A stretch of DNA of 63,708 nt, filler included, from an uncultured Rhodopirellula sp. (lineage in GTDB: Bacteria > Planctomycetota > Planctomycetia > Pirellulales > Pirellulaceae): the NCBI GenBank assembly GCA_964007735.1. It is 3 parts of 3 records of this genome, joined end to end, with 100 filler letters (N's around TTAATTAATTAA, not from the genome) between each part and the next. Parts side by side here need not be neighbours in the genome. Positions count along the whole stretch, not along the records: positions 1 to 23,173 come from CAXGAI010000060.1; 2 more parts are not named here. One strand, 5' to 3'. The notes below the pieces were generated by a model. The model had not been told where the DNA came from. It saw only the letters and a program-made list of their open reading frames with translations, and searched no databases. A program made the translations under genes and the position numbers. Positions 1 through 11,900 of this stretch are shown here, one piece after another. How positions within the stretch are numbered: position 1 is the first letter of the stretch; each line of letters begins with the position of its first letter.

Positions 1-191
1 ATAAAAACCGACGTATAAGGGAAATCCAGGCAGACACAAAACGGAAAGTTCAGGCACTTGAGTCGAGTATTCGATTCTGGGCGGTTGTGCTTCCGCCGCT
101 GCCTGCACTTGCCTTGGGCATTTATGTGTTTTTCATTCGAATTTCTGCCGAGAACGAGTCAGTACCCGGTTCACGTCGTCGTCAGGCATAA
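1..191 (+). CDS. C-terminal end of Gldg/ABC-type uncharacterised transport protein (partial, runs off window)
   Basis: Frame from nt 3 reads KNRRIREIQADTKRKVQALESSIRFWAVVLPPLPALALGIYVFFIRISAENESVPGSRRRQA*: coiled-coil plus terminal TM helix, directly upstream of a DUF4340 gene as usual in planctomycetes. Confidence 0.65.
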   Translation, partial: KNRRIREIQADTKRKVQALESSIRFWAVVLPPLPALALGIYVFFIRISAENESVPGSRRRQA

Positions 192-212
192 GTAACAACT
201 AGAGAAAATATC

Positions 213-2156
213 ATGTCAGAAATAGGTCAACACACTCGGTCTGAAACACGTAGAACACAGATCCTTGTAAGTGCAGCTGCAATCTGCGTCCTCATTACCG
301 TATTGATCAAACTGCAAAGTGCGCCGGCTTCAATCGAGTCGCAAGGACAAATCGACACTCCGTTTTATCCGGAATTTGAAGATCCTACGTTAGCCCAGTC
401 GCTTGGTGTTTATGCATTCGACGTCGAGAATGTCGAACCACTGTCGTTTAAAGTGTCACGTACCGGATTGAACGAAGTGTGGACGATTCCGACTCACCAT
501 AATTATCCAGTAGACGCAGAAGATCGTTTAGCCGAAACAGCAGCGAGTGTTATTGGTATCACTAGAGGGGCACTGGCTACGCGATGGGAAAAGGAACACG
601 CAAAATACGGAGTTGTCGACCCGCGACAGGACTCTATAAATGTGACTGATGTCGAAGGTGTGGGTAAACGTATCGTAATTGAAGGTGAAAAAGGTAATGT
701 GCTTGCTGATTACATTATTGGTAAACAGAGTCCTGATAAGCCGGGTGCGTACTACGTGAGAACTCCAGGGGACGACAATGTCTACATCTGCGATGTGGAT
801 ATCCAGCTGTCCACTAAATTCAGCGATTGGATTTCAACGGACCTGTTGGATGTTGATTCCTCCGGAGTCGTGCACTTGAGTGTTGAAACTTATACCTTCG
901 ACGAAGAGGGAGGACAAATCTCCATTGAGCCTGGCGATGAACTAGTATTTTCCAAGCCCAATGCCACGGAGAATTGGTCCACTGAGGAAATCGATGCAGA
1001 GACGGAAGAAGTTGATGATGTTAAGATTCGCAGCACGATCGACGCGCTTGCATCCATACGTATCGCCGGTGTGCGTCAAAAGAATCAGGGCTTGACTCCG
1101 GAATTGACGTTTGATGAAGAAAAGATTCAAAGTCAATCAGATTTCCAACGCCTTCAATTTGAGCTATTGGCTAGAGGGTACGCATTGGGTCAATCGGATG
1201 AGGATCCTCAACAACTTCGTTTATTTTCACGAGAAGGTGAGATTCATGTGGCCAGTGATGACGGCATCGTCTACGAATTATATTTCGGCCGCGCGTTTAC
1301 CGGTGAGTCCGGTGAAATCGAATTCGGTGGAGAGAATGTAGTTGAGGCTGAAACGGATGTCGAAACACCCGAAGTTGCAGAGGCAGCTGCCGGAGAGGAT
1401 CCCAGCGGTGAAATAGAAAACGATGGTGTTACGGAGACTGAAAGTGAAACGGAAGGGGAAGAATCGGGTTCACCAGGGCGTTATCTGTTTGTTAGAGCTC
1501 GATTTGACGAGAGTTTCTTAGGTGATAAGCCCGTTGCTCCCACGGCGCCGGTTAATCCAGAAGACGCTAATGGTGAGTCGCCGGATAGCCGTGATGACGC
1601 AGAATCGCCCGCGGAGCCTGGAAATGAGCCAGAGGATAACACTAAGGATAGCAATGAGGAGCCAGATGGGTGTCAGGGGGAAGAAGCTACGAAAACAACT
1701 GAAACTGAAGACTCTAGCGACGATGATTCAAGTGATGGCGATTCTAATGATGAGTCCGAGGATGACGCTCCGGCGGAAGACGAAAAGGCAGACAATGAGG
1801 AGGCGGTCGAATCGCCCGTTGAATCGGAGGAAGGTGACGATGGCGAACCTGTAAAGACGTTTGAGGAACTTCAGCAAGAATATGAAGCCGCGGTCGGTGA
1901 GTATGAAGCGGCGATGAGATTGTACGACGAGCGAATTCGAGAAGCTCAGGAAAAGGTCGAGAAGGCTAATAAGCGTTATGCATTGTGGTACTACGTAATT
2001 CCAGGTGACCAGTATGACAAGTTACGTTTAAGTCGTTCTCAGTTGATTCGTGAAAAGACTGAAGAACCGGAGGTTCCGGCAGGTGGTCTTCCAGGTGGAC
2101 TTCCAGGTGGACTTCCAGGTGGTAATCTCCCTCCGGGATTAAATCTGCCGCAATAA
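213..2156 (+). CDS. DUF4340 domain protein with long acidic low-complexity insert
   Basis: N-terminal TM; W-IPTHHNYP-DA..RLA, YIIGK, YYVR..G, LSTKFSDWI motifs; WYYVIP near C-terminus; D/E-rich region. Confidence 0.8.
   Translation: MSEIGQHTRSETRRTQILVSAAAICVLITVLIKLQSAPASIESQGQIDTPFYPEFEDPTLAQSLGVYAFDVENVEPLSFKVSRTGLNEVWTIPTHHNYPVDAEDRLAETAASVIGITRGALATRWEKEHAKYGVVDPRQDSINVTDVEGVGKRIVIEGEKGNVLADYIIGKQSPDKPGAYYVRTPGDDNVYICDVDIQLSTKFSDWISTDLLDVDSSGVVHLSVETYTFDEEGGQISIEPGDELVFSKPNATENWSTEEIDAETEEVDDVKIRSTIDALASIRIAGVRQKNQGLTPELTFDEEKIQSQSDFQRLQFELLARGYALGQSDEDPQQLRLFSREGEIHVASDDGIVYELYFGRAFTGESGEIEFGGENVVEAETDVETPEVAEAAAGEDPSGEIENDGVTETESETEGEESGSPGRYLFVRARFDESFLGDKPVAPTAPVNPEDANGESPDSRDDAESPAEPGNEPEDNTKDSNEEPDGCQGEEATKTTETEDSSDDDSSDGDSNDESEDDAPAEDEKADNEEAVESPVESEEGDDGEPVKTFEELQQEYEAAVGEYEAAMRLYDERIREAQEKVEKANKRYALWYYVIPGDQYDKLRLSRSQLIREKTEEPEVPAGGLPGGLPGGLPGGNLPPGLNLPQ
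2082..2123 (+). repeat. 12-bp tandem repeat GGTGGWCTTCCA x3.5 encoding (GGLP)n
   Basis: Directly visible in the sequence. Confidence 0.9.
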
Positions 2157-2219
2157 AAAGGTCAAATCGAGCTTTATCTGGGTAAAATAAAGTGTCACAC
2201 CCCAAGACGGTTTATTTGA

Positions 2220-5054
2220 ATGTCCTTTCCAGATATCTCCTTTAAGAGTACTTTGCGTCCTAGTCAACTGGAGGTCGTAAATGTTGCGTTGGAACATCTT
2301 CGTAGTAACAACGCAAAACTCTATGTAAATGCACCACCCGGATCCGGGAAAACGGTCACGGGACTGTATCTTTGGGCTTCCGTGTTTAAATGTCCGGCTG
2401 TCGTTTTGAGTCCGAATTCAGCGATTCAGTCTCAGTGGCTTGCAAGGACAGATCTTTTTGAACATAACGGGAGCTCGATCCCCGAGCAGTGGCTGTCCTC
2501 GGATGCCAAATCACCCCAACTTTTTACCTCCCTTACCTACCAGGCGCTGACGATGCCGGCTAGGGGGAGTGACGATCTGACGGATGCCGCATTGGAGTTA
2601 TGGAAGCATTCGCTTGTTGAGAAGGAGAAGGCCCACTCAGAAGAAGAAGCGGAAGTTTGGATAAGAAACTTACATGAACAAAACGCCGATTATTTTCAGG
2701 AACGGGTTGCCTATTACACCAAGAAGATCCGTGAGGAAATCACACGTGGTAGTGATGTCTTGTCAGTCCTTCATTCCAGTGCACTGGAAAATCTAAATCA
2801 CCTGAAAGAGGCAGGTGTTCGGTTGGTGATTCTTGATGAGTGCCATCATTTGGTTGGTCACTGGGGAAGGATTCTAAACGGCATTTCCGAATACCTTGAT
2901 AACCCAGTGGTTGTGGGATTAACCGCAACGCCACCGGATTCGGAGGAGGCAGATTCTACCGACTGGAGTATTTATGAAACGTTGCTGGATGAAATTGACT
3001 ACGAAGTTCCTGTGCCGGCGGTCATTAAGGACGGATTTTTGGCGCCTTATAAAGACCTGTGTTATTTTGTCCGGCCTACAGACGATGAACTTGAATACAT
3101 TTCCAACACCAGCGATCGTATGCAGGAGATCTTAGATGTCTTGCAACATGTGACGGAGGGGGAAGACCGGTTATCGCTTAATCAATGGGCTTACCAAACT
3201 CTTCAAAACATGGAATTGCCGCTGAGGCCTGCCCGAAATTGGGGTGAGTATGAGAAAAGATTCACTACATTTGCCTGGGCGGCCCGGGTCTTACTGGCGA
3301 AGGAGGAGGTCTCTCTACCATCGAATGCCAGAGAGTTATCGCAAGAGGAAATTGACGATTGTGAGGATTTGTTGGCTTATTGCGTGCCCGTTATTGATCC
3401 GTATGTGCGTCTTTATTTAATGAGAACAAAAAATGCACAGCACCTGGAACTCGCAAACCGAGTAAAGAGTCATTTACGACTACTGGGATCGCAGATAACA
3501 GAAACAGGAAACCAGCGTTGTGCATCACCTGTCACACGGATTCTGGCATATTCTAAAAGTAAGGCACTCGCGTTGATTCCCATTTTAACGCGCGAACAGG
3601 AGATGCTCGGGGAATCGATTCGGGCTGTGGTCGTTTGTGACTATGAAAAAACTTCGGCCGTTGCTCCGGAAGTTAGTCATATTCTGGATCGCGAAGTCGG
3701 AGGTGCCGTGGCAGCTTTTCGCACGTTATTACAGGATTCAGAAACCGATAAGCTGGATCCGGTTTTAGTGACGGGCTCGACGGTACTTGTGGACGACGAT
3801 CTCTACCTGATTTTTCATGAGTATGCCTCGCAGTGGTTGCAGCGGAAAGGTTACGAGGTTGAACTGAGGTGGGGGGATCAGGATGGCTACAGAATGCTCA
3901 AGGCTAGAGGGGCTGATTGGGTGCCGCGAGTATATATTGAGTTAGTGACGGAATTCTTCCAGGCCGGTTATACGCGGTGTTTAGTGGGAACACGAGGCCT
4001 TCTTGGTGAAGGCTGGGACGCCAATAAAATTAATGTCTTGGTTGATTTGACTTCTGTCACTACATCGATGAGTGTGAATCAACTGCGAGGCCGATCCATT
4101 CGTTTGGATGGGGATGTGCCACGAAAACTTGCTCACAACTGGGACGTTGTTTGCTTGGCGCCAGAGTTTTTGAAAGGGCTTTCTGACTATAAGCGATTTT
4201 GTAAAAAACATACTCGGATTTATGGGGTTACCGATGACGGAGTGATTGAAAAGGGTGTTGGTCATGTTCATCCCGCCTTTACGGAGATTAAGCCGGTAGG
4301 CGTCGAGAGGGTAGCCGCGTTAATCTCGGATGAGATGCTGGAGCGAGCGGGTAACCGCGATAAAAACTACGAACTGTGGGGCGTAGGAGAACCCTTTAAA
4401 GGACAGGCAGCACAGTCGGTTCAGATTCCTTTGGGAGGAAACGGAACGAAAAAAGGTTTCCCTCCTTTTACCGGCGATACCACAGCCTGGACTCCCGAGT
4501 CGCTCACGAAGAAAGTGTCAGAAGCTATTGTTTGCGCATTGAGAGATGCAGGGTTCATCATGTGGGGTAAAGAGGCTGAATTGCTGGAGCACCTTTTTGT
4601 AGGCGAGCAGGCTGGTGGGTATGTGCGTGTGTTTTTGCAGGAGGCAAACGAGAGAGAGATTGCGTTGTTTACACAAGCATTGACAGACGTCTTTTCCCCG
4701 CCGCTTGAAGCTCGCTATGTGATTGAGCGGTATGTGGATTTGAAAGAATTTTCCACCAAAACTCGTCATCCGTGGTTTGCTAACATCCTGCCTAAATTGT
4801 TGAAGAAGTATTTCGCAGAAGAATATGAACACGTAGATGTGAGACGGCAGATGGTAATGTTGCACGCGGTTCCCGAGGTATTGTCAAAAAATAAAGAGCT
4901 TGCGGAGACGTTTAAGGAACATTGGAATCGATTGATTAGTCCCGGGGATTTGATCTTTACGCAGCGCGGTGATGGTAGAGAATTCATTCTGAAAGCTGTT
5001 GAAAAGGGATTGGTGGTAAATCAGAAGGTTTCCAAGAAGGAGTTCTTTTGGTAA
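2220..5054 (+). CDS. SF2 DEAD/DEAH-box helicase (ResIII-like)
   Basis: Q-motif LRPSQ, Walker A APPGSGKT, DECHH, GLTATP, LGEGWD, QLRGRSIR. Confidence 0.85.
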   Translation: MSFPDISFKSTLRPSQLEVVNVALEHLRSNNAKLYVNAPPGSGKTVTGLYLWASVFKCPAVVLSPNSAIQSQWLARTDLFEHNGSSIPEQWLSSDAKSPQLFTSLTYQALTMPARGSDDLTDAALELWKHSLVEKEKAHSEEEAEVWIRNLHEQNADYFQERVAYYTKKIREEITRGSDVLSVLHSSALENLNHLKEAGVRLVILDECHHLVGHWGRILNGISEYLDNPVVVGLTATPPDSEEADSTDWSIYETLLDEIDYEVPVPAVIKDGFLAPYKDLCYFVRPTDDELEYISNTSDRMQEILDVLQHVTEGEDRLSLNQWAYQTLQNMELPLRPARNWGEYEKRFTTFAWAARVLLAKEEVSLPSNARELSQEEIDDCEDLLAYCVPVIDPYVRLYLMRTKNAQHLELANRVKSHLRLLGSQITETGNQRCASPVTRILAYSKSKALALIPILTREQEMLGESIRAVVVCDYEKTSAVAPEVSHILDREVGGAVAAFRTLLQDSETDKLDPVLVTGSTVLVDDDLYLIFHEYASQWLQRKGYEVELRWGDQDGYRMLKARGADWVPRVYIELVTEFFQAGYTRCLVGTRGLLGEGWDANKINVLVDLTSVTTSMSVNQLRGRSIRLDGDVPRKLAHNWDVVCLAPEFLKGLSDYKRFCKKHTRIYGVTDDGVIEKGVGHVHPAFTEIKPVGVERVAALISDEMLERAGNRDKNYELWGVGEPFKGQAAQSVQIPLGGNGTKKGFPPFTGDTTAWTPESLTKKVSEAIVCALRDAGFIMWGKEAELLEHLFVGEQAGGYVRVFLQEANEREIALFTQALTDVFSPPLEARYVIERYVDLKEFSTKTRHPWFANILPKLLKKYFAEEYEHVDVRRQMVMLHAVPEVLSKNKELAETFKEHWNRLISPGDLIFTQRGDGREFILKAVEKGLVVNQKVSKKEFFW

Positions 5055-5073
5055 ACGGTGTTATAATGGGCGC

Positions 5074-7635
5074 ATGATTGTTCGTACGTTTTGCATTTTC
5101 CTGATCCTTGTCGGTGTAACGTTTGCCCAGCAACGTGATATTCGCTTACCTTTCCCATTCAATGGTGTTTACGAAGGTGAGTACCATTTTGCAGTCGAAA
5201 AACCAGGCAGAGTGCAGGGAATGTCTCACTATGGCAAGGACTGGAGTCGGGATGCTCATTTGCTTTGGGACGGGGAGGTAGGAGCGAAGCTCGAACTCTC
5301 CTTTCTAGTACGATTTGATAGCGAATACGATCTAGGTATCCGTCTCACTAAGGCTCCAGACTATGGAATTGTGCAAATTTATTTAGATGGAGCAAAGATC
5401 TCCGGGCCCATCGATACGTTTTCCGCCAGGGTTGAGTTAGCGTCATTGAAAGATCTGGGTAAGCACAAGTTATCCAAAGGTGTGCATCGACTCCAGTTGA
5501 AGCTCGTCGGCGCCAGCCAGAAAGCCAAGCCCTATAAGCAGGAAGGCCGGTTTCTGGTGGGGTTAGATTATCTGCAATTGACGAATTTGGAACCCAAGTC
5601 TGCCGGTAAGATGCCGGAGATTGAACTGGTTCATGTGGATTACACTGAACTCCATAAAGTATTGAAAATATATTGTTCTGACTGTCATCATGCAGATCGA
5701 CGAGAAGGTAAAGTGGATCTGGAATCATTGACAACTGCGGAGTTGTTTCTGGGGGATCTTCAGGTGGCAAGCAAAGTGATTGGTGCTCTCCAGGCCGGGG
5801 AAATGCCGCCTGAAGGAGCACAGCAGCCCTCAACAGATCAAAAATCACAATTAGTGCTAGGGCTACAAAATTATATCGATCAACGGCTGGCTTCACAGGA
5901 GTCGTTGGAACCCGTTGTGATGCGACGCATGAATCGACTTGAGTACAATAATTCCGTCGTGGAATTGCTGGACCTAAAAGGTGATATTTATCCTCTTCCC
6001 GAAAAAGTTATCCGGAGTGATTTTCCATACTACCAGCCAATCGCCGGATTGATGCCCGACAGGCTTCAGTTGGGGAATCGGACCTTAGGGAAAAACGTGA
6101 TTGAAAAACCAATTCTTACCGGAGTTTTTCCATTCGCGGCAGACTTACCCGCCGAAAATGGGTTTAATAATCGGGGTGAGGAATTGAGTATTTCCGCTTT
6201 GCAATTGGAAACATTTGTGAATCTGGCACAGGCTGTCGTGCATGCCCCTGAATTTGAAGACTACTGTAATCTACACAATTCATTGTTTGTTTATGCAGGG
6301 TCGGACGATCCACTAGTGGTCGCCAGGAAGCGATTATCTTTCCTGTTGGAAAAGGCATTCCGCTCACCCGTTCCGGAGGAGTTGTTAAGTCGTTATGTAA
6401 CATTCTTCGAATTGCACCTGAAACGGACCGGAGATTTCCAAAGGGCCATGAAGGATGTTGTAGCCGCCGTGATGTCCTCCCCTCGTTTTTTATATATCAT
6501 TGAGCGTGCACCTGAAGAAGCCACTCGCCAACGACTCTCGGATTATGAATTGGCAGCCAGACTTTCTTTTTTTCTGTGGAACAGTATTCCTGACGACGAT
6601 TTATTGAAGCTGGCACGTGAAGGTAGACTGTCGGATTCAAGTACTCTCGAACGGCAGGTTCGGGAAATGTTGTTAGATCCGCGGAGTCAGTCTTTGAGTC
6701 AGAACTTTGCCCGACAATGGCTGCGATTGGATCAACTTGTTACTGCCGTTCCGGATTCCAAACGTTTTGAGAACTACTACTCAAGGATCGGGTGCGAGTA
6801 CTGGAAGTTGGGGTTGCAGTCGATGCTGGAGCCCTTGCTGTTATTTGAAAGCATCATGATTGAAGATCGCCCTATTCTGGACTTGATTCATTCCGACTAC
6901 ACCTATCGAAGTGAGGAATTGCATCATTGGTATCGTGCGGAAGTTCCGTTTAAAAACAAAGGTGAGCGCAATAGGTTTTTGCCCAGTTATCAGCAGTTCA
7001 ACAGGATGGAACTGAATGATAAACGAGAAGGAGGTGTTATTACCACGGCTGCCATTTTGACGATGACAAGTTCTCCATTACGCACGAATCCAATTACTCG
7101 GGGAGCCTGGGTTGCGGGGGTTATCTTTAATCGACCACCCCCACCCCCTCCAGATATCGTCCCTGAAATTGAAGAGGATGATGCAGTAATTGAAGCCCGG
7201 GGGCTCACCCTGCGACAGGTGTTGAAGCAACACCAGACAAACCAGTCCTGTAAGTCATGCCATGCCAGGATAGATCCGCTTGGATTTGTTCTGGAAAATT
7301 ACGATGCTGTCGGTCGCTGGCGAGATAATTATCGCAGTGGGCTTCCAGTTGATGCAACCGGCGAGCTTTTCGGGGAAGTTAGGTTCGATGATATTGTGTC
7401 CTTTAAAGAGGCCTTGCTTGAACGGCCAGAGGTATTTACGCGTGCCTTTAGCGAACACATGCTCTCCTATGCGTTAGGGCGAGAACTCGAAGTGTCCGAC
7501 AAACTTGCGGTTGATATGATTGTTAGAAACGTGTTGGCTAATAAAGGACGTATCTCATCAGTCGTGGTGGGGATTGCTACGTCTTATCCGTTTAGGCATA
7601 AACAGATGGTTGAGGCCAGAAACCATTCCGAATAG
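5074..7635 (+). CDS. DUF1592 (PSD4/PSCyt3/PSD2/PSD3/PSD5) planctomycete cytochrome c protein with N-terminal beta-sandwich domain
   Basis: Signal peptide; CSDCH; RRMNRLEYNNSV; LSDYELAARLSFFLW; NPITRGAWV; CKSCHARIDPLGF; YALGR. Confidence 0.9.
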   Translation: MIVRTFCIFLILVGVTFAQQRDIRLPFPFNGVYEGEYHFAVEKPGRVQGMSHYGKDWSRDAHLLWDGEVGAKLELSFLVRFDSEYDLGIRLTKAPDYGIVQIYLDGAKISGPIDTFSARVELASLKDLGKHKLSKGVHRLQLKLVGASQKAKPYKQEGRFLVGLDYLQLTNLEPKSAGKMPEIELVHVDYTELHKVLKIYCSDCHHADRREGKVDLESLTTAELFLGDLQVASKVIGALQAGEMPPEGAQQPSTDQKSQLVLGLQNYIDQRLASQESLEPVVMRRMNRLEYNNSVVELLDLKGDIYPLPEKVIRSDFPYYQPIAGLMPDRLQLGNRTLGKNVIEKPILTGVFPFAADLPAENGFNNRGEELSISALQLETFVNLAQAVVHAPEFEDYCNLHNSLFVYAGSDDPLVVARKRLSFLLEKAFRSPVPEELLSRYVTFFELHLKRTGDFQRAMKDVVAAVMSSPRFLYIIERAPEEATRQRLSDYELAARLSFFLWNSIPDDDLLKLAREGRLSDSSTLERQVREMLLDPRSQSLSQNFARQWLRLDQLVTAVPDSKRFENYYSRIGCEYWKLGLQSMLEPLLLFESIMIEDRPILDLIHSDYTYRSEELHHWYRAEVPFKNKGERNRFLPSYQQFNRMELNDKREGGVITTAAILTMTSSPLRTNPITRGAWVAGVIFNRPPPPPPDIVPEIEEDDAVIEARGLTLRQVLKQHQTNQSCKSCHARIDPLGFVLENYDAVGRWRDNYRSGLPVDATGELFGEVRFDDIVSFKEALLERPEVFTRAFSEHMLSYALGRELEVSDKLAVDMIVRNVLANKGRISSVVVGIATSYPFRHKQMVEARNHSE

Positions 7636-7655
7636 ATAATTGAAATATTTGAAAA

Positions 7656-8945
7656 ATGAGAAAGCTCAGCACAATCAATCGTCGTAAATTCTTGCGTGGT
7701 TGCGGAACAGCCATGAGTTTACCCTTACTTGACATTATGCTTGACTCAGCGAAGGGAGACGATGACGTGGCTCCCAAGCGAGCCGCTTTCTTCTATATTC
7801 CCAACGGGGTGGTGCAAGATCGCTGGCAGGGGGGAAGTGATGGTGGCGAATTTGTACTTAGTCCTACGTTAGAGCCTCTGCAGGATCTCAAGGAGAAGAT
7901 TTCGGTTTACTCTAATTTGGACCGCATTAAAGTGGCTGGCACCGATGGTCATGCTCAGGCAAGTACCTGTTGGTTATCGAGTGCTCATCCAAGAGAGCTT
8001 TCGCCTGCAGGTTATCCGTTGAAACGGACGGTTGATCAGTTGATTGCCGATGAAACCGCGAAGCATACGCCATTTCGTTCTCTGGAACTCAGTTGCAATC
8101 CGTACAGAGATAATAAAGAGTCTGTGTATTTTGATAATATTTCCTGGTATGGCCACGGGCATGTGGCTAAATCCATGCGGGATCCGGATAAAGTGTTTCG
8201 CCGTCTCTTTGTGGTGGATGAGAATAAAGTGTCCTCGAGCATTCTGGATCTTGTGCTTGAAGATGCGAGAAGCTTGCAACGTCAGTTAGGCGCGCAGGAC
8301 TTACGTAAACTGGACGAGTATTTAGATTCCGTTCGTTCTGTTGAGAAGCAAATTAAACGCGTTGAGGATCGTAAAGGGACCATTGAAGAGTTGCAATTGG
8401 AAGCCCCCACGGTCCCCTGGCCTGAGATGGAACGGCATCAGTACATCCAACTGATGGGCGACCTGATGGTTTTGGCGTTGCAAACGGATTTAACTCGAGT
8501 TGCTTCATTGATGGTTGCCCCGGAGCGATGGAGTACTCCACAGAAGGTGGATGGGCTCTTTGAACAGCCAATCCTTCACCACTCATGGACGCACCAGCAG
8601 GGAGACGATCGGGTGCGAGCTGAACTGGCTCGTCTTGATCGCTATCATGTTGAACAGTTTGCATACGTGATAAGAAAGATGCTGAGTGTTAAGGAACGTC
8701 ACACGACGTTATTAGATAACACTATGTTTCTATTTGGATCCGGATTATCGAGCGGAAAAGATCATGTCTATACAAATCTACCATTGGTAATGGCCGGTAG
8801 CGCGGGTGGGGCGATTAAAACAAATCGGCATGTTAAGTCAGAAGAAGGAACGCCTGTAGCAAATCTTTGGCTAGCTATGACGCAGGTGATGGGCTCAAAA
8901 GCGGAATCGCTTGGAGATTCTACTCGCGCTTTAAACTTATCGTGA
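7656..8945 (+). CDS. DUF1552 (HXXSHH) protein
   Basis: Tat-like NRRKFLRG; YIPNG; LDEYLDSVRSVE; HHSWTH; TLLDNT; directly downstream of DUF1592. Confidence 0.9.
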   Translation: MRKLSTINRRKFLRGCGTAMSLPLLDIMLDSAKGDDDVAPKRAAFFYIPNGVVQDRWQGGSDGGEFVLSPTLEPLQDLKEKISVYSNLDRIKVAGTDGHAQASTCWLSSAHPRELSPAGYPLKRTVDQLIADETAKHTPFRSLELSCNPYRDNKESVYFDNISWYGHGHVAKSMRDPDKVFRRLFVVDENKVSSSILDLVLEDARSLQRQLGAQDLRKLDEYLDSVRSVEKQIKRVEDRKGTIEELQLEAPTVPWPEMERHQYIQLMGDLMVLALQTDLTRVASLMVAPERWSTPQKVDGLFEQPILHHSWTHQQGDDRVRAELARLDRYHVEQFAYVIRKMLSVKERHTTLLDNTMFLFGSGLSSGKDHVYTNLPLVMAGSAGGAIKTNRHVKSEEGTPVANLWLAMTQVMGSKAESLGDSTRALNLS

Positions 8946-8953
8946 TTTGCGTC

Positions 8954-11900
8954 TTATTTAGACTTAAGCGATTGCAAGTAAGCAATCAGGTCAGCGAGCA
9001 GTTCGGGCGTTAGATTGTCTGCCAGGCCTTTTGGCATCATGGAACCTTCGGATTTGCGTCGAAGTTCGATGTTATCCTTCTTTAGCACCAGTGGCAGCCC
9101 ATTCGTTTGACGAATATTAACTTCTGTTGCACTTTCACTGGTGATGAAGCCACTGATGACCTTTCCTTCTACGGTAATGAATGCATAGGTGTCAAAGCCC
9201 TGAGCGATTTTTGCATTTGGATTAAGGATAGATTCTATCAGTTCATGTTTCTTATATCGCTTACCGATGTCGACAAGATGTGGCCCTTTGGGCACCTGCC
9301 CGTTGGCGGTGGTGTGGCAGGCTGCACAGTTTTGTCGCGCAAATAGAGGTTCACCTTTCTTAGGATTCCCCTTGAAGTCGTTGGCTCGATAAGCAGCGAT
9401 GTCAGCTTTCAGGTTGGCGATCAGGTCCGGATTGTTCGGATCCGCTTTGGCAATTTTAATGGGCGCCATTGCAGCACGTTTATTAGCATCCGCTACCAAT
9501 TGCTGGAGTCCGTCAATCTCGACTTTATGTTTCGCCAACTGTACGCCGGCACTGGCCTGACTTTCTGAATCGAGTTCGGGAATAGTGGTTCTGAGAATCT
9601 TGGCAATCTTGTCGCTTTGTTCCCAGCGTTGGCGATCATAATAGGGGCCTGTTAGGTCAGGCCGTGTTCCCCACCAACCACCCGTATATTCAGCTTCACG
9701 ATGATACAGGCGAATGAGCGTGGTGATGACTTCCTGTCGAATGGCCACATTCTGAGTGGTGTTTAGTCGGTGGATTAATCCATCGACTGCTTTAGCATTG
9801 TGCATGTACTTAAGTGCCCAGAAAGCCCCTTCGGTGTAGGGGCCCTCAATAGCGTTCAGGCATGCATCTGTGGCATTAGAACTTTCCAGTGCACGAATTG
9901 CCAGATGAGACAGGACTCGCCCAGGATCCGCTTGTTTATAGAGCGGTTCCCCGACTGGCATCGGATAGTTTTCATCTCTCAGTGTATGCGGAATGATGGC
10001 TTCCCCGGCTTTTGGGTTACCAATACGTCCAAGACAAATGAGAGCTTGAGCGCGAACTCGCGGATTGCTGTCCGCCAGAGCATCCACAAATGTCCTGAGC
10101 GGCAACGTTTTTATTTCCGACTGACGATCTGTTAGAGCTCGTAAAGCATGTTCACGAATGCCTTCCATCTTCACCAATTCCAATAGCAATGACGTCGAAT
10201 CGCGACCGGCTAATTGCTTCAACGTATAAATAGCTGCCACTCTCCCGTGAAGCGGATTGTTGTCATTGGCGGCTGCCGATTTCAAGGCGGCGATACGTTC
10301 TTTAGACACGCCTCGGCGGAGGATCTCGCGTTGAGCGTGAATCTGATAAACATGACTCAACGCGTTCAGGTGGCGCAGGAGTTGGGCGTCAGTTTCCTCG
10401 GGCATGATGGGGAACGGTTTGGCAACGTGATCTGTCGGCGTAAGCATGGCAACGAATCCAACGTCTTCGCCACTATATGCAAATTTACCGTTTTTCCAAC
10501 TTGCCACTACCATGCGACCACTACCATCCACATCCATATCGGTTGGGCGGGGAATCTTTAAGAAGACCTCCTGATGAGCATCAAATGTCGCGCCGTTGGC
10601 GGGCAGGTTGTGTCGATAGACTTCACTGCGTCCCCAGTCACAGGTGTAAAGCGCATTCCCAAAAGGAGCTGGCCATCGTAAGTCATGCAAATACATTCCA
10701 CCACAACCGGATCCACCTCCATAGTCAGCCAGCGGGGGCAGGCCTTCCTTGGTGAAATTTACATAAAGTGAAGGATAGCCGTAGTTTCCGGTTTGGTGGA
10801 TGTGGCTAAGTCGAATATCCCAACCACCACCGTCGTTCGTATTATCCCGTGTATAAACATTCATGAAGGGGTCAATGCAAACATCAAGTATGTTTCGCTG
10901 ACCCCAGTTGTAAATTTCCATTTCCGTGCCGTCGGGACGCACTCGTAAGATACCCCCGCCCCGTTTTGCCAGGACTCGGCCATCTGCACCTTCAGCGTGG
11001 GTGAATCCAAAGTCACCAACAGCAATATAAAGCCAGCCGTCGATTCCCATCCGGATGCCGTTGGTTGTATGGTCAGCACCTCGCCGTTCCACCTCGTCGG
11101 TGCTGATGCCAGTAATCAGCTCTTCGTGCTTGTCGGCAGTTCCATCCCCATTCGTGTCATGGAACACGCTTAACGTGGGAGGGTGAAGGACCCATAAAGA
11201 CCCATGATCGTAGAATAACCCTCGCGGATGGTCCATGCGGGCAAATTCATTGATCTGGTCCGCTTTTCCGTCACCGTCAATGTCGATACAGCGGAGCACT
11301 TTGCCTTGGCCATCTTCTTTGCCTAATGATCCCTGCGGATCGACCCCAATAAATACTTCACCTGTGGGAGCAGATGCGATACAGACCGGATAGTTAACTT
11401 CAGGTGGACTACCAAACAAAGTGACGTTGAATCCTTCCGGGGCCTGAACATCTGCGACAGCGGCATTGGTTGCTGAGGGCTTATTAGCGAGGGCCTTGGG
11501 TAATATTGGAAGGTCTGGAGTTGCGTACGCTTCGAATTCCCAGAAACTTCCCCAGAAACCGCCGCTCGCGCCGAGGAAAGTTACTCGCAAAAACTTAGTG
11601 TTTGGCGAATCTACCTTATGAGGGGTGATGTTGGTTTTTTTGTTGTTACCCGACTGATCGATGATTTCAATCCAATCTTTGCCATCGGAGGAAGCATGGA
11701 TCTTGTATTTATAAATCGCATCATCTTTTTCCCAATGGATACGCAAGGAACGTACATAGGACTCCTTTTCAAGCTCCACCTGCCAGGATTGGCCAATTCC
11801 TTGCCCCTGAGTACACCAGCGAGTACTGAGATCACCATCGACTGCGTTCTTTGCAAAATTTTGCTTGTTTCCTTCTTCTGACTGAGCAATAGCTGGACGT

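Noticed and set aside
2220..5054. Helicase as part of a restriction or defence system
   Set aside because: No adjacent methylase, nuclease motif or other defence genes; housekeeping-like context
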